From Octopus vulgaris (Eukaryota), in NCBI GenBank assembly GCA_951406725.2, contig OX597823.1, positions 100,998,001-101,062,000 on the forward strand: 64,000 nt of DNA. Direction: 5' to 3'. The notes under the pieces were generated by a model. It made no database searches, had not been told where the DNA came from, and saw only the letters and a list, made by a program, of their open reading frames with translations. The stretch's first letter is position 1, and each line of letters opens with the position of its first letter. Both the position numbers and the translations under genes were made by a program. Shown piece by piece: positions 1-13,970 of this stretch.

Positions 1-929
1 ATAAGTCTTATTATATAATTTTGTATTCTGTATAAATACTGATTGTTATGTAATGATTTAGTTATCGAAGTTATGTATATAATTATTAGATTTTAACTCT
101 ACTTAGATCGTTAATAGTAATACGATTTTTTAAAGTAAGGTTTCATGTCTATACATTTATTGATAGCATAAATTTTAGTCTTTAATCACTATATTTGTTG
201 ATAGTTATTTAGTTATTATTTTTAAATATTTTATAATTATTGGATGTGTACTTAAATCTAATATATGAATAACGATTTTTTAGTTAAATAATTTGGTAAT
301 TAAATTTTTGGACTATAACTGAGTTAAGGATATTTGTGAGTTTATTATGTTTTTAAGCTATTTTATATATTCATAAATATCTCTAATAGTTGACTTTGTT
401 CTATTATAGCTTATATATAGCTATTTTCAATTGATAATTTGTAGCAGTATTTTTCATTGATAAATATATTCGTAGTATTTATTGGATACTATATAACTAC
501 GGATTGATAATTTCATTGTATAAGTATTTAGTTGTTGAAGATATGTATTTCATTATTTCATTATTAGTTCTTAACTATACGGTTTTTGTACGTTATTAAT
601 TAGCCAACGAGATATATGGATCGTTAAATAGTTATAGAGTTCTTTTAAGATAGTTTATTTGTTTACAATTTGCTTTTTCATCTTTAATCTTTTAATTTTT
701 AATATATTTCATAAGTAATAATGAATAATTAATTTATTTAGTTTTTTATTATCATCATCATCATCATCATCATCATCATTTAGCATCCGCTTTCCATGCT
801 AGCATGGGTTGGACGGGTCAACTGGGGTCTGTGAAGCTGGAAGGCTTCGTCAGGCCCAGTCAGATCTGGCAGTGTTTCTACAGCTGGATGCCCTTCCTAA
901 CGCCAACCACTCCGCGAGTGTAGTGGGTG

Positions 930-1660
930 TTTTTTACGTGCCACCTGCACAGGTGCCAGACAGAGCTGGCAAACGGCCACGAACGGATGGTGCTTTTACG
1001 TGTCACCGGCACGGGGCCAGGCGATGCGATGCTGGCAACGGACACGAACGGATGGTGCTTTTACGTGCCACCGACACGGGGCCAGACAGAGCTGGCAAAC
1101 GGCCACGAACGGACAGTGCTTTTACGTGTCACCGGCACGGGGGCCAGCCGAGGCTGGCAACGAACACGAACGGATGGTGCTTTTACGTGCCACCGACACG
1201 GGGCCAGACAGAGCTGGCAAACGGCCACGAACGGACGGTGCTTTTGTCACCGGCACGGGGGCCAGGCGAGGCTGACAACGGACACGAACGGATGGTGCTT
1301 TTACGTGCCACCGACACGGTTGCCAGACAGAGCTGGCAAACGGCCACGAACGGGCGGTGCTTTTACGTGTCACCGGCACGGGGGCCAGCCGAGGCTGGCA
1401 ACGGACACGAACGGATGGTACTTTTACGTGCCACCGACACGGGGCCAGACAGAGCTGGCAAACGGTCACGAACGGACGGTACTTTTACGTGTCACCGGCA
1501 CGGGGCCAGGCAAGGCTGGCAACGAACACGAACGGATGGTGCTTTTACGTGCCACCGACACGGGGGACAGACAGAGCTGGCAAACGGCCACGAGCGAATG
1601 GTGCTTTTACGTATCACCGACACGGGTGCCAGACGAGGCTGACAGCGGACACGAACGGAT
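930..1660. repeat. GC-rich ~59-60 bp minisatellite (alternating ~119 bp dimer) in the RTE 3' UTR
   Basis: About 12 recurrences of ctggcaa(a)cgg(c/a)cacgaacggatggtgcttttacgtg. Confidence 0.92.
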
Positions 1661-1709
1661 GGGTCACTTAACCCCTGCATTCTGATATATGATTTGATTC
1701 TGATTGTTC

Positions 1710-4700
1710 TCACTGGTCTTGCCGGGTCTTCTGACGCACAGCATACTTCCATAGGTCTCGGTCTCTGGTCATTTCCTTGGTGAGACCTAGAGTTCGAAGG
1801 TCGTGCTTCACCACCTCGACCCAGGTTCTCCTGGGTCTACCTCTTCCACAGGTCCCCTCAACTGCCAGAGTGTGGCACTTTTTCACACACCTATCTTCAT
1901 CCATTCTCGCCACATGACCATACCAGCGCAATCGTCTCTCTTGCACACAACATCTGATGCCTCTTAGGTCCAACTTTTCTCTCAAGGTACTTACACTCTG
2001 TCGACTATGAACACTGACATTACACATCCAACGGAGCATACTAGCTTCATTTCTCGCGAGCTTACGCATGTCCTCAGCAGTCACGGCCCATGTTTCACTG
2101 CCATGTAGCATGGCTGTTCGTACACATGCATCATACAGTCTGCCTTTTACTCTGAGCGAGAGGCCTTTAGTCACCAACAGGGGTAAGAGCTCCCTAAACT
2201 TTGCCCAGGCTATTCTTACTCTAGCCGTTACACTTTCAGCACACCCACCCCCACAACTGACTTGGTCACCAAGATAACGGAAGCTATCAACTACTTCTAG
2301 CTTTTCCCCCTGGAAAGTGACGGAAGTTGTTTTCTGCAGATTTTCAGAGGTTAATGCTCCCGAGCATCTGCCACATACAAAAACCATCTTCCTAGTTAGC
2401 CTTCCTATGACATTGCTGCACCTCTTATGTGTCCATAGCTTACACTTGGTGCATCTTATAGAGTTTCTACCTACACCTTTTCACCAGATCGAGCAGGGCC
2501 ATCTACCTGAAGGCGTTTGTGATTTGTCTACCTTCCTACTTATTACGACTTTGGTTTTAGCTAGGTTGACTCTAAGGCCCTTCGATTCTAAACCATGCTT
2601 CCACACCTGAAACTACTTCTCCAGTTCTGATAATGACTCAGCAATTAGAGCAAGGTCATCAGCATAGAGGAGCTCCCAGGGGCAGCCTGTCTTGAATTCC
2701 TCCGTTATTGACTGGAGGACTATGAAAAATAGGAGGGGGCTGAGGACTGAGCCTTGGTGGACCCCTACCTCTACCCGGAATTTTTCACTGTACTCGTTGC
2801 CAACCCTCACCTTACTAGCAGCGTCCCTGTACATGGCTTGCACAGCTCTCACTAACCATTCATCTATTCCTAGTTTCCTCATTGACCACCAGATGAGGGA
2901 TCGGGGGACCCTGTCGAAGGCTTTCTCCATGTCAACAAAAGCCAGGTACAGGGGCTTATCTTTGGCTAGGTATTTCTCCTGCAGCTGCCTTACCAGGAAT
3001 ATAGCATCAGTGGTACTTTTCCCTGGCACGAACCCAAACTGCATCTCATCTAAACTAACTCTCTCTCTAATTAGTTGGCTTATGACCCTCTCTGTAACCT
3101 TCATCACCTGATCCAACAGCTTGATACCTCTGTAATTATTTGTATCTAGGGCATCACCTTTACCTTTGTAGCAGTTGACTATTATGCTGCTACACCAGTC
3201 ATTGGGTATGACTCCTTCATGTATCACCTGATCAACTATACAGGTGACTAGGCTATAGCCGACACTACCAGATATTTTGAGCATCTCTGCAGTGATACCT
3301 GATGGGCCTGGGGCTTTCCCTGTCTTCATGCTTCTAATTGCCTTAGCTACCAAGGAACTATCAACCCTGATAGCTGTTCCCTCTGTTGGGTCAACGTTCG
3401 GCAGACTCTCTTTATCCCATTCATTTTCTTTATTCAGCAACCTTTCATAGTGGCGTCTCCAAGCCTCTCTCTTTGCATCCTCGTTTAGCGCAAGTGAACC
3501 ATCTTCCATGCGAACACACTTCTCTCCTACCACATCACAATTCTCTCTCACACACTGTCTTGCAACGCGAAACACCTCCAGTCTTTGGTCCTCACGGCGC
3601 AGAACATTGGCAAATTTTTTCTTATCTGCTTCCCCTCTGGCTAGATAGACCTGTCTCCTAGCTTCCCTTTTAGCAGTCTGATACAATTCCTTGCTACCAC
3701 CATTCTTCCAGTGCCTCCAAGTCTGTCTCTTTTCTCTAATAACCCTGTCTACAACACTGTCCCACCACCACGTTACCTTGGGACGAGAGGGGACTTTGCA
3801 CCAGCCACAGATCTGGTCAGTGGCTCTCAGCAGGTTGTCCCTTAGAAACGTCCAGTTGCCCTCTACCCCATGTGATACTCTATCCCCTTCTACTTCGTCA
3901 AAGGCTTCAAGTAACATGTCTCTAAATCTCTGTCCATTCGCAGGATCTTTAAGCTTCTAGATCCTTCTTCTCCATGTTGGTCGTCTTCTGGTTGTCCTCC
4001 TACTCCTGATCCTAAAGTCACTAACTACCAGTCTATGTTGTGGGGTACATTCTTCGCCTTGGAAGGTTTTGGCATTTATAAGTAGCCATCTCTCCCTTTG
4101 CCTGGCAAGGATGTAGTCAATTTGGCTGGTATGTTGGCCCGATCGGTAGGTGACTAGGTGGCTGGTAGGTTTCCTGAAGTTAGTGTTGCAAATCATAAGA
4201 TTATTTGCATCGCAGAACTCCAGCAGCCTGGTTCCCTCCTCGTTGCGGGAACCAGAGCCATAGCCTCCATGTACGCCATGGAAGCCCCCAGCATGTCGTC
4301 CAACGTGACCATTGAAGTCACCAGCCACAAAAAGAAGGTCTCTGTCGTTCGTCAACGAGGTAGTCTGCAGTAGAGTGTCATAGAATCGGTCTTTCTGTCC
4401 ATCAGGTAGCCCCGACTGAGGAGCATAGGCTGATATAATGGTTGCTAAACTATGATGAAGCGCTAATCTAATCTTAAGTATTCTGTCGCATACTCTGATT
4501 ACCTCAATTACTTTATCTACCCATTTCTCAGCGATAAGTATACCCACGCCTCCAACCCCGTCAGTGTTCCCTGCCCAGAAAATCTTGTACCTGTGTTCCT
4601 TGCCTGTGAGGAACCTAGCAGAACCTCCTCTCCACCTTACTTCTTGCATGCAACATATATCCACACATCTCCGTTCAAGCATCTCAACTATCTCGCCAGA

Positions 4701-4714
4701 CCTACCTTTCAGTG
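1710..4714 (-). pseudogene. RTE ORF (endonuclease-reverse transcriptase) broken by three in-frame stops near 3957, 2613 and 2481
   Basis: ORFs 3957-4682, 2613-3917 and 1710-2387 share a frame; hand translation runs through the gaps without a frameshift. Confidence 0.93.
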
Positions 4715-5520
4715 TGTGGTTATACGTATATATATTTATTGATAGAGATAATTTTAGATCTTAATTCTTATATTTATATATATTTATTGATAATTTAGTT
4801 ATTATTCAAATATTTTATAATTATTTGATTTGAACTTAAATTTAATAATATGAATAGTGATTATTTTTTTGTTAAATAATTAGGTAATTAGATATTGACT
4901 ATAACTGAGATAGGGTTATTCGTGAGTTTATTATGTTTTTTTAAAGCCATATTATATCTGAATAGATAAATACATTTTTTATCTATTCTTACCTTAAAAA
5001 TTAATATTTAACATTATAATTGGATTGTATGACATAATCATAATCGTTAAAGTTTCTAGTTTGATAATAGAGTTTTTATAAGAAAAATTATTATTTTATT
5101 TATTTCTTTAAAAATATTGTTTAAATATATTTGCTTATTTATTTAACTATTATCTTTAACCTGAAGATTGACTATAACCATAATTCGAATTATTAATTGA
5201 ATTTAAATTATTGTAATTTGAATTAGGTTATGGGCATGAAATGTACGTAGTGGTTTTACTTTTTATCTTATATTAAACTTTTTTATACTTTTTGATAGTT
5301 ATATATATATTTAATAAAAAATATATAAAAAAAAATTTATAAATATAAATTAATAATTTTAATTTTAAATTTAAATAATTTAGATTTTTAAATTTTATAT
5401 TTTATATTTTTTGTATATTATATTAATTATTTTTTATTTTTATGTTTTGGTTTACGTTTTTCACTGTTTGATTTGCCTAATAGTGGTTTTATCTCGAATT
5501 TAATTTATATTATGTGAATA
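4715..5520 (+). mobile_element. Degenerate AT-rich Penelope-like pLTR region ending in (TA)n; related to sequence 1-750
   Basis: Carries a hammerhead motif at 5159-5251; 4735-4955 is a diverged copy of ~158-368. Confidence 0.55.
5159..5251 (+). ncRNA. Type I hammerhead ribozyme (partly decayed) with 70-nt stem II
   Basis: ac CTGAAGA [ttgactataacc...ggttatgggcat] GAAA tgtacg TA gt: core boxes, hairpin stem II, near-palindromic stem III, GUA site. Confidence 0.65.
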
Positions 5521-5593
5521 TATATATATATATATGATTGATTGATTGATTCTAGTTTCAGCTCACGAGCTGTGGCCATGCTGGGGCACCGCC

Positions 5594-5654
<61 letters not shown>

Positions 5655-5756
5655 GGAGTAAACACATAAATGTGAAACAAGGTGGAAAAAAGAGTACTCA
5701 AATACCAATGGTAGAGTAATATGCTTTATTTAAAGCAGCAGAAAATTCAACAAAAC

Positions 5757-5794
5757 CTGTTACTCTGAGTTTCGCGTTGCCGTTCATCGGACAG
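5757..5794 (-). ncRNA. Minimal type I hammerhead, CCGAUGA core variant
   Basis: ctgt CCGATGA acggcaacgc GAAA ctcagag TA acag. Confidence 0.6.
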
Positions 5795-5820
5795 TTTTTG
5801 CTAGAATATTCTAGCAAAAA

Positions 5821-5858
5821 CTGTCCGATGAATGGCAACGCGAAACTCAGAGTAACAG
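5821..5858 (+). ncRNA. Minimal type I hammerhead, CCGAUGA core variant (mirror copy)
   Basis: ctgt CCGATGA atggcaacgc GAAA ctcagag TA acag; stem I ctgt/acag. Confidence 0.58.
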
Positions 5859-5890
5859 GTTTTGTTGAATTTTCTGCTGCTTTAAATAAA

Positions 5891-5978
<88 letters not shown>

Positions 5979-6304
5979 ATATATATATGCCTTCATATAT
6001 TACCAAACAATACTCTGAACTAATACCACTTTCATTGCTAATAATGAATATGTGTGTGTGGAGAGAGAGAGGGTTATAATCCAATGCGTTCTTTTAAAGC
6101 ACATCTGCATATCCCAGCTCTGCAATGTATATCCATAGATATTATGATCTATATGAGAGTTGGAAACACTGGAGAATGTTAAATACTGGAAAATATTTAT
6201 TACATTGTAATAACATATCAAAACAGAAAACTAGAAAATTTTGGTATTACTTATTCCATATTCCATGTGTTTCTTATCCAAAAGGGGATACATAGGTATG
6301 CATG

Positions 6305-6676
6305 TAGAAAGTTTAGGCTTTCTTCCAGAGTTTTGTTTCGACGAGGAGGTTTCTCCCTCTTTCTCAAAGACTGTCATTACTTTCAAGACAGTACTTCTTG
6401 ATACACAAAACATTTCGGATGTTTTCGTTACGCCAGCACCTGCCATATGAGCACCAACAATTTGACCTCTTTGAAAGTCCGACAGATCTGTCACTTTATT
6501 GAATTTTGATTACTTTTTTCTGTTGATATCTGAAAAGAAAAAGCAATTTTAGTAAAACATATTAAGCAACACTAATAATAAATCAAAAAACATAAAAAAT
6601 AAATGAGCTTTTGACAGTTTTATAGATATTTCAAAATTATGATGCTAGTTGTTTCCATTATTTTGTTCAACCCCTG
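6305..6676 (-). mobile_element. Tc1-like transposon 5' fragment (TIR plus paired-like HTH)
   Basis: TA-caggggttgaacaaaataatggaaac end at 6676; peptide DLSDFQRGQIVGAHMAG...VSRSTV...SGRKPKLS. Confidence 0.85.
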
Positions 6677-6734
6677 TATATATCAGGTTGTCCAAAAAGT
6701 TCTTAGTGCTTTTTAAGTGCAATAAAGAAGAAAT

Positions 6735-7330
6735 CTCCAAAAGTAAGCCTCGCAGGTTACTCCTTCTTCAGGGTCATATTTGAGTTTGCTTATGGTGTTT
6801 GCTACATGGTCAGATAAAAATCAACTTCATTAATTTTAACATTTGCTGCTGCACTCTGCATTGTTATTCTCATTGCTCCTTGAATTGTTGTTGCTGTTTT
6901 TGCAACTCAACCACCCCAGCTAACAAGTCTTCCATATTTTACAGTTTGCACAAGATTTTTGGTTCTCTTTTGTCGAGTTATTTAATTTTCCACATGTGAA
7001 TCTCTTTTTATCACTCCACGTCAATTTGTTTTTCCTCGTCACCACTGTTATAAAGTGGGTTCCTCCCACTCATGTGATGTGTGACTGTCGTTGTACTGAA
7101 GTAGCCACAATAGTTCCTAGTCATCAGATGCCATTGTATCTCTTCATACTAGAATAGTAATACACCACTAACTTCTCCTGTCTTAATATCATTGATACCT
7201 CCACAAGACCCCCGACTAGAACTGTTGACTCCCAACCCTCTCTTGATGACTGGTTTCTTTATAATGACTCTTTCCTCCTACTTTTTACCAGATGGAATAT
7301 ACAGTTTCACTATACTACAAAATCATAATC
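6735..7330 (-). mobile_element. Gypsy LTR retrotransposon remnant (LTR end, PBS-like site, decayed gag start)
   Basis: ...ataaca followed by gtggtgacgag (7035-7045); decayed peptide MEDLLAGVVELQKQQQQ...VANTISKLKYDPEEGVTCEAYFWRF; the far LTR boundary is a guess. Confidence 0.55.
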
Positions 7331-7654
7331 ACATTCTCCAATTTTATCTGTTTCTAGTAAAAATACTGAATATCTAATTTTTTTCTGTCAATTTCTAATT
7401 TTGAACAGTTCTATATGAAGCATACTTGGAATATTTTAGTTTTGCTTTTCTTTTTCTCGTGTTTCCTTTTTTTTACTTTTTTTCTCCATATTGTATTAGA
7501 TATTTGTTCTTAAGAAGCATTTCTGTTTTCAAGGAGATAGTGTTAATAAGTGCATGAAACTAATCAATATCTATGCCAAATTGTTTTATATTGCACTTGA
7601 AATGTTCCTTCATCTGTTTAACATATCTTTCTATACCTTTTTTCTTTTTACTTT

Positions 7655-7870
7655 CTAGGCCTCAGCTTGGTATCGATGTTTTCAAATGGGATGCTTGTCA
7701 TTTGCCACTTGCCAGCCACAGTGTAGATGTTTTCATCACTGATTGAGGACTTACATTCAGTCCCCTCTTTTCCTCGAACAGACTCGGCAACTCCAGCGAA
7801 CACCACAGATTCTGCACAACCCCGACACACCAAATCAGGAAGAACAGTTCGATGGCCAGCAAGGTTTGTG
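7655..7870 (+). mobile_element. Gypsy integrase remnant (internally deleted)
   Basis: LGIDVFKW motif and C-terminal PRHTKSGRTVRWPARF typical of Gypsy pol ends. Confidence 0.45.
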
Positions 7871-9303
7871 CAAGTTTTTCGGGTAAGTTCTGAACTCCTA
7901 ACGTATCCATCTTCCTAATGAACACATAACTGCATCACCCACCCAGAGAAATCAAAGAACATTTGTGCACATAAAAAAAAAAAGTGAAAACAAAAAACTG
8001 TCTGTATGAACTTTTACGGAACATTTCAAAATCGAACTTTGCCGATGAACATTTCTTTCATTTTTGCATGTACATATTTTTTGATTTCTCTTCAAAATGT
8101 TTTGCTTTCTTATATATATATTTTTGCTAACTGTATATCCACACACATTTACAAATCTTGTTCTCATGCGTGCTATCACTCGATCTTTTTCGCCACTGAA
8201 AGACACCTTGCCTCTATTAGACCTCTAGTAGGTCGAGTAATCAATAGACGCACATCTCTTTCAACGCGCTAACATAATTCTGCCTGGGCACATATACATA
8301 TTGCCCACCATATAGCACATACAAACTGTAAACCTTTCATTCATATTTTTATCGTTCAATGTGTAAAATTTTTTTTCTGCATACACACAAAAAAAAAAAA
8401 AAATTACATTTCCAATATCGTTCGATCTCTGTGGCTTTCTCACTAGAAGGGGGGTAGTGTAAGAGTTAGCACTTCCTTCTCTAAGCTTGGATTCGAAATC
8501 AAACCCATGAATCATTGGTCGTCAAATACCAATGCATGAAAAGGCGCCAAATCAGAATTCCTTTGTTCTGACAAAAAGTGATGGATCGTCTCCCTTCGAC
8601 CTCTGACCTGAGCAGGTCAGGCGAAGTTTAACTGAACGACCAGTGACCTACTTTAACGATAACTCTCTTGCGATATATCTATTTTTCTGGCTATTTGAGA
8701 TTTTATAAATAGAACGGAAAAATCGGTATCTGGGGAGAACCAGAGCTGACGCCTAAATGAACGCTACGCATTTCTGGAGACGACGAGAGAATATGCATAA
8801 AGGTGACTGTCCTGCATGATTTACTCTCACACACACACACACACCATCAAACATATTCTTCTTTAATATGTATCATGTATTATGCATTTCTTTAATATGT
8901 ATTCTTTGCAAGCATTATTTAATATGCATTTTTGTACAAGCAATGTGTAGCATTGCTTACAAATTGATGTAGTGAAAATAAATCTCTAATTTATTACAAA
9001 ACAACTTATGTATTTATTAATACATCCACGCATCCACTACAATACTATCAAGAAACTATAAATAAATAAAAATATTACATCAAACAATAATAATATCAAC
9101 AATAATAATAATTTCAAACACACAACGGTTCAATATTCAAATAAAATAGAGAAACGATAAAAATCAGACTTAGCTTTAACGAAGAATGAAGAGTAACTGA
9201 ATTTTAAAAGAAATAAATAGTTAAGGCGTTTATAAAATTATCGCGTGGATACATAGTGCAAAGAAATAGAATAAATCCTCAATGAACGTAGCAAAACTTA
9301 TAT

Positions 9304-10200
<897 letters not shown>

Positions 10201-10387
10201 CAAAATTAGAGAATGGAGAAACATGCTTAAATCAATAAAACATCAACTATCCGATGATACCCAATCAATACTTTAATACACCATTACATATGAGTAAAGG
10301 CATTCAAAATATACAGTAATAGTAAAAGTAAAAAGACAAAGAGATATAAGTAAAAAATTTCAAATATAATATGTAATTAAATCAAAA

Positions 10388-10495
10388 CTGACAGCTGTTT
10401 CGGCAGTGAGGGCAGTCATACCTCATTTAACCTATAAGCCATAAAGGCAGGTATAAATGAGGCATTAACAAGGATGCCCCACGGCCTCTTCAGAG
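10388..10495 (-). ncRNA. Type I hammerhead ribozyme with 85-nt stem II
   Basis: Reverse complement of 13011-13118. Confidence 0.82.
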
Positions 10496-13010
10496 AATTA
10501 AATTAAATTTGTTATAATTGTGAAAAATATTATATAACCATATACATATAAATATAAAAATATAAAAATGTAAAATATAAAAACTTATACATCATAATGC
10601 TACACTTATATAATATAATACTCATTGGTACAATAATGGAAGGTAAACAGAACAAAATAAAACAAAATATATATCAGTGTATATATTAATATTAATAAGC
10701 ACCGATATTATACATATTTGGCTAATAGTTTTTTTAAAAAAACTAACACATAGGGAGATGAAAAATAATAATTAAAACCATGGTTCAGTTCATAAAATTC
10801 TAAAGCTATAAAAGTTAATAAAAATTACTATTAATATTAATAATAATAATAATAATAATAATAGATACAGTTATGTTTGCACCAAGTCCATCCTTTCAAG
10901 ATCGAAATAACTATGAGTTTAGAAATGCTGACCACTAGGTAATGATAATTTAGATTAATTCGATTGGCTATTGGTTTGAAATTTAAATCACAAAAGAAAA
11001 TTATACGGTTGGTTAGTCAAGGAACGCCAATATTCACACGCGCATCTACAGATCAATCGCACATACACACATAGTTATATGTATATACATACACTTATAC
11101 ACATACATAATCACAAGCAACAACTAGCACATAGATAAACAAAAAGGGAAGTAACTATGCTACCATTTAGTCCTTCAAAATTATAACTATGCCTCAAAAA
11201 ACGAAAAAGAACCACACATGCATTTCATAAAATATTTAATTTAGATATAAATATATTTTTAAATATCAGTATGTTACTAAGTCAGATAATTATTTCATTG
11301 GGTAACTTAAAATTTATAACACCAGTTTGTTGCAAAGTAAACATACGGTTGTTAGATTTATCGTAAGTTTGTTATGATTCCAAGTACGCTAAATTATAAA
11401 ATATAAAATATATATTAATTTATATATTATAAATAAATCTCTTATTTACTTAATAAATTTAATGCCATAATATACCAGTTTAGGCATTAAAAAATAGAAG
11501 GGGAAGTACTAATGCAAACGCATATGAGAACATCACAGAAATTTAAAAAATTTTTTTTTTTTTTTTTTTTTATATTATAAATACTTAAGATAAAATGTGA
11601 TAAAATAAATAAGAAGGAATAAATGCGAAGGAATAAATACGGTTATACACATATTATAAGTACAAACCAGTATATATGTATTCATATATTATTAAAATTA
11701 AATAAAAATAAATGATAGATATGTATGTATAAAACTACCCTAGTATAAGTAAATAAGTAAAAAATAAATAGATAACAAATTAGATGACTTGATATGTATG
11801 TAAAAATCTACACTTAAATAGGCAAATAAATAAATAATTAGAAGACTAAATGCAGAGATTGATAACATTACAATAAAATAAAAAAATAAATAAAGTGAAT
11901 ATATATGTTATATTGATGAAAGTAAATATGTATGGAAGGATAATTTAAAGTACAGATCCAGAGGACTATAGATATAAACTAAATATATAAGGCTGGTAAT
12001 ATTTATAAAGCCAAATGTATGTAAATGAAAAAATGAAAAAATGAAAAAGGTTTATTAGTAAATAGCATAAGATACAAATTAAGGTGAGTACAAAGAAAGA
12101 CCAAATATACAATAAAAACCTGCCAAATAAACACATACAAAAAACCTATATTCTCAACCTAAACACACCAAACTCATAAAAGGCTCTCATATATTACATA
12201 TTATACAATATCATTACATTATCTAGAGCTAGGTATCTAACCAGGATATACATATATACTATGCAATATTAGAAAACTTCAAAAATCACATATTACAAGG
12301 CAAATACCAAAATGAATATGTTATTTCATGTCATATTGCATTTCCCTTAAAAAACAAACAAAAACCCACATATAAAAACAAGAAACAAATAATACTAGAC
12401 ACATCTATTATTATTATACAAATGTAGCTATAAAAATTATAAAATTATAAATTTATAAGTTGTTTACTTTAGAATTATAGAAGACCACAGGTATAGTTAG
12501 TTAAAGAAGGGAGTTAAAAAATTAATAATAGTGGAAGTGCTAAGTTCTATTTGAATCTAGAAAAGGTGAACGGTAGCCTATGAATGCAAAAGAAGTTATT
12601 TCGATCTTGAAAGGATGGACTTGGTGCAAACATAACTGTATCTATTATTATTATTATTATTATTATTAATATTAATAGTAATTTTTATTAACTTTTATAG
12701 CTTTAGAATTTTATGAACTGAACCATGGTTTTAATTATTATTTTTCATCTCCCTATGTGTTAGTTTTTTTTTAAAAACTATTAGCCAAATATGTATAATA
12801 TCGGTGCTTATTAATATTAATATATACACTGATATATATTTTGTTTTATTTTGTTCTGTTTACCTTCCATTATTGTACCAATGAGTATTATATTATATAA
12901 GTGTAGCATTATGATGTATAAGTTTTTATATTTTACATTTTTATATTTTTATATTTATATGTATATGGTTATATAATATTTTTCACAATTATAACAAATT
13001 TAATTTAATT

Positions 13011-13118
13011 CTCTGAAGAGGCCGTGGGGCATCCTTGTTAATGCCTCATTTATACCTGCCTTTATGGCTTATAGGTTAAATGAGGTATGACTGCCCTCAC
13101 TGCCGAAACAGCTGTCAG
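13011..13118 (+). ncRNA. Type I hammerhead ribozyme with 85-nt stem II
   Basis: ct CTGAAGA ggccgtggggca...tgccctcactgcc GAAA cagctg TC ag; inner helix atgcctcattta/taaatgaggtat; GUC site. Confidence 0.82.
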
Positions 13119-13483
13119 TTTTGATTTAATTACATATTATATTTGAAATTTTTTACTTATATCTCTTTGTCTTTTTACTTTTACTATTACTGTATATTTT
13201 GAATGCCTTTACTCATATGTAATGGTGTATTAAAGTATTGATTGGGTATCATCGGATAGTTGATGTTTCATTGATTTAAGCATGTTTCTCCATTCTCTAA
13301 TTTTGTAGTATTAATTTACGGTAATATTATTACCTTTACCCATATAATACAATAGATGAACTGATTGTTTGACAATTTTTAACATCTATGTATTAGTCTT
13401 GTTGGGTACCTATCTGGCAGTATATTGGATATATATTATCCCATGGTGGGTTGAATTCTCAACCCCTATCTCATTTTATAACC

Positions 13484-13484
<1 letters not shown>

Positions 13485-13521
<37 letters not shown>

Positions 13522-13652
13522 CATATATATATATATACATACATACATATATACATATATATATATACATACATATATACATATATATATATACATACAT
13601 ATATACATATATATATATACATACATATATACATATACATACATATATATAC

Positions 13653-13745
<93 letters not shown>

Positions 13746-13838
13746 CATACAATATATGTATATATATATATATATACATACATATATGCATACATATATA
13801 TACATACATATATGCATACATATATATACATACATATA

Positions 13839-13902
<64 letters not shown>

Positions 13903-13934
13903 TATATGTATGTATATATATGTATGCATATATG

Positions 13935-13966
<32 letters not shown>
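13485..13966. repeat. Compound (TA)n/(TACA)n microsatellite
   Basis: Direct reading. Confidence 0.95.

Positions 13967-13970
<4 letters not shown>

Larger units (their letters stand above)
751..4714 (-). mobile_element. RTE-clade LINE, 5'-truncated, with 3' UTR and (GAT)n tail
   Basis: APE motifs (QEVRW, SAYAPQ, GDFNGHVG, QIDYIL) and RT motifs (QFGF, FVDMEKAFD, GVHQGSVLSPLLF, LLYADD, FRYLG) lie in one frame; the tail reads (atc)n on + at 751-779. Confidence 0.96.
5652..5891. mobile_element. Palindromic Penelope-like mini-element inserted in (TA)n
   Basis: 5724-5891 is a 168-bp palindrome with one mismatch, centred at 5807/5808; (TA)n on both sides; hammerhead motif in each arm. Confidence 0.75.
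10199..13484 (-). mobile_element. Penelope-like element, 5'-truncated, with inverted pLTR
   Basis: Near-identical inverted arms 10199-10912 and 12594-13307, each with a hammerhead; remnant ORF end NNFFCIHRLPFTFSRFK* (12600-12547, -) resembles the C-x-H-R tail of PLE GIY-YIG ORFs; (TA)n flanks. Confidence 0.75.

Noticed and set aside
930-1660. CRISPR-like periodicity
   Set aside because: Units are contiguous tandem repeats with no unique spacers; eukaryotic LINE context; no cas genes
809-1685. Long overlapping ORFs (277 and 252 aa)
   Set aside because: Translations of the stop-poor 60-bp minisatellite in the RTE 3' UTR
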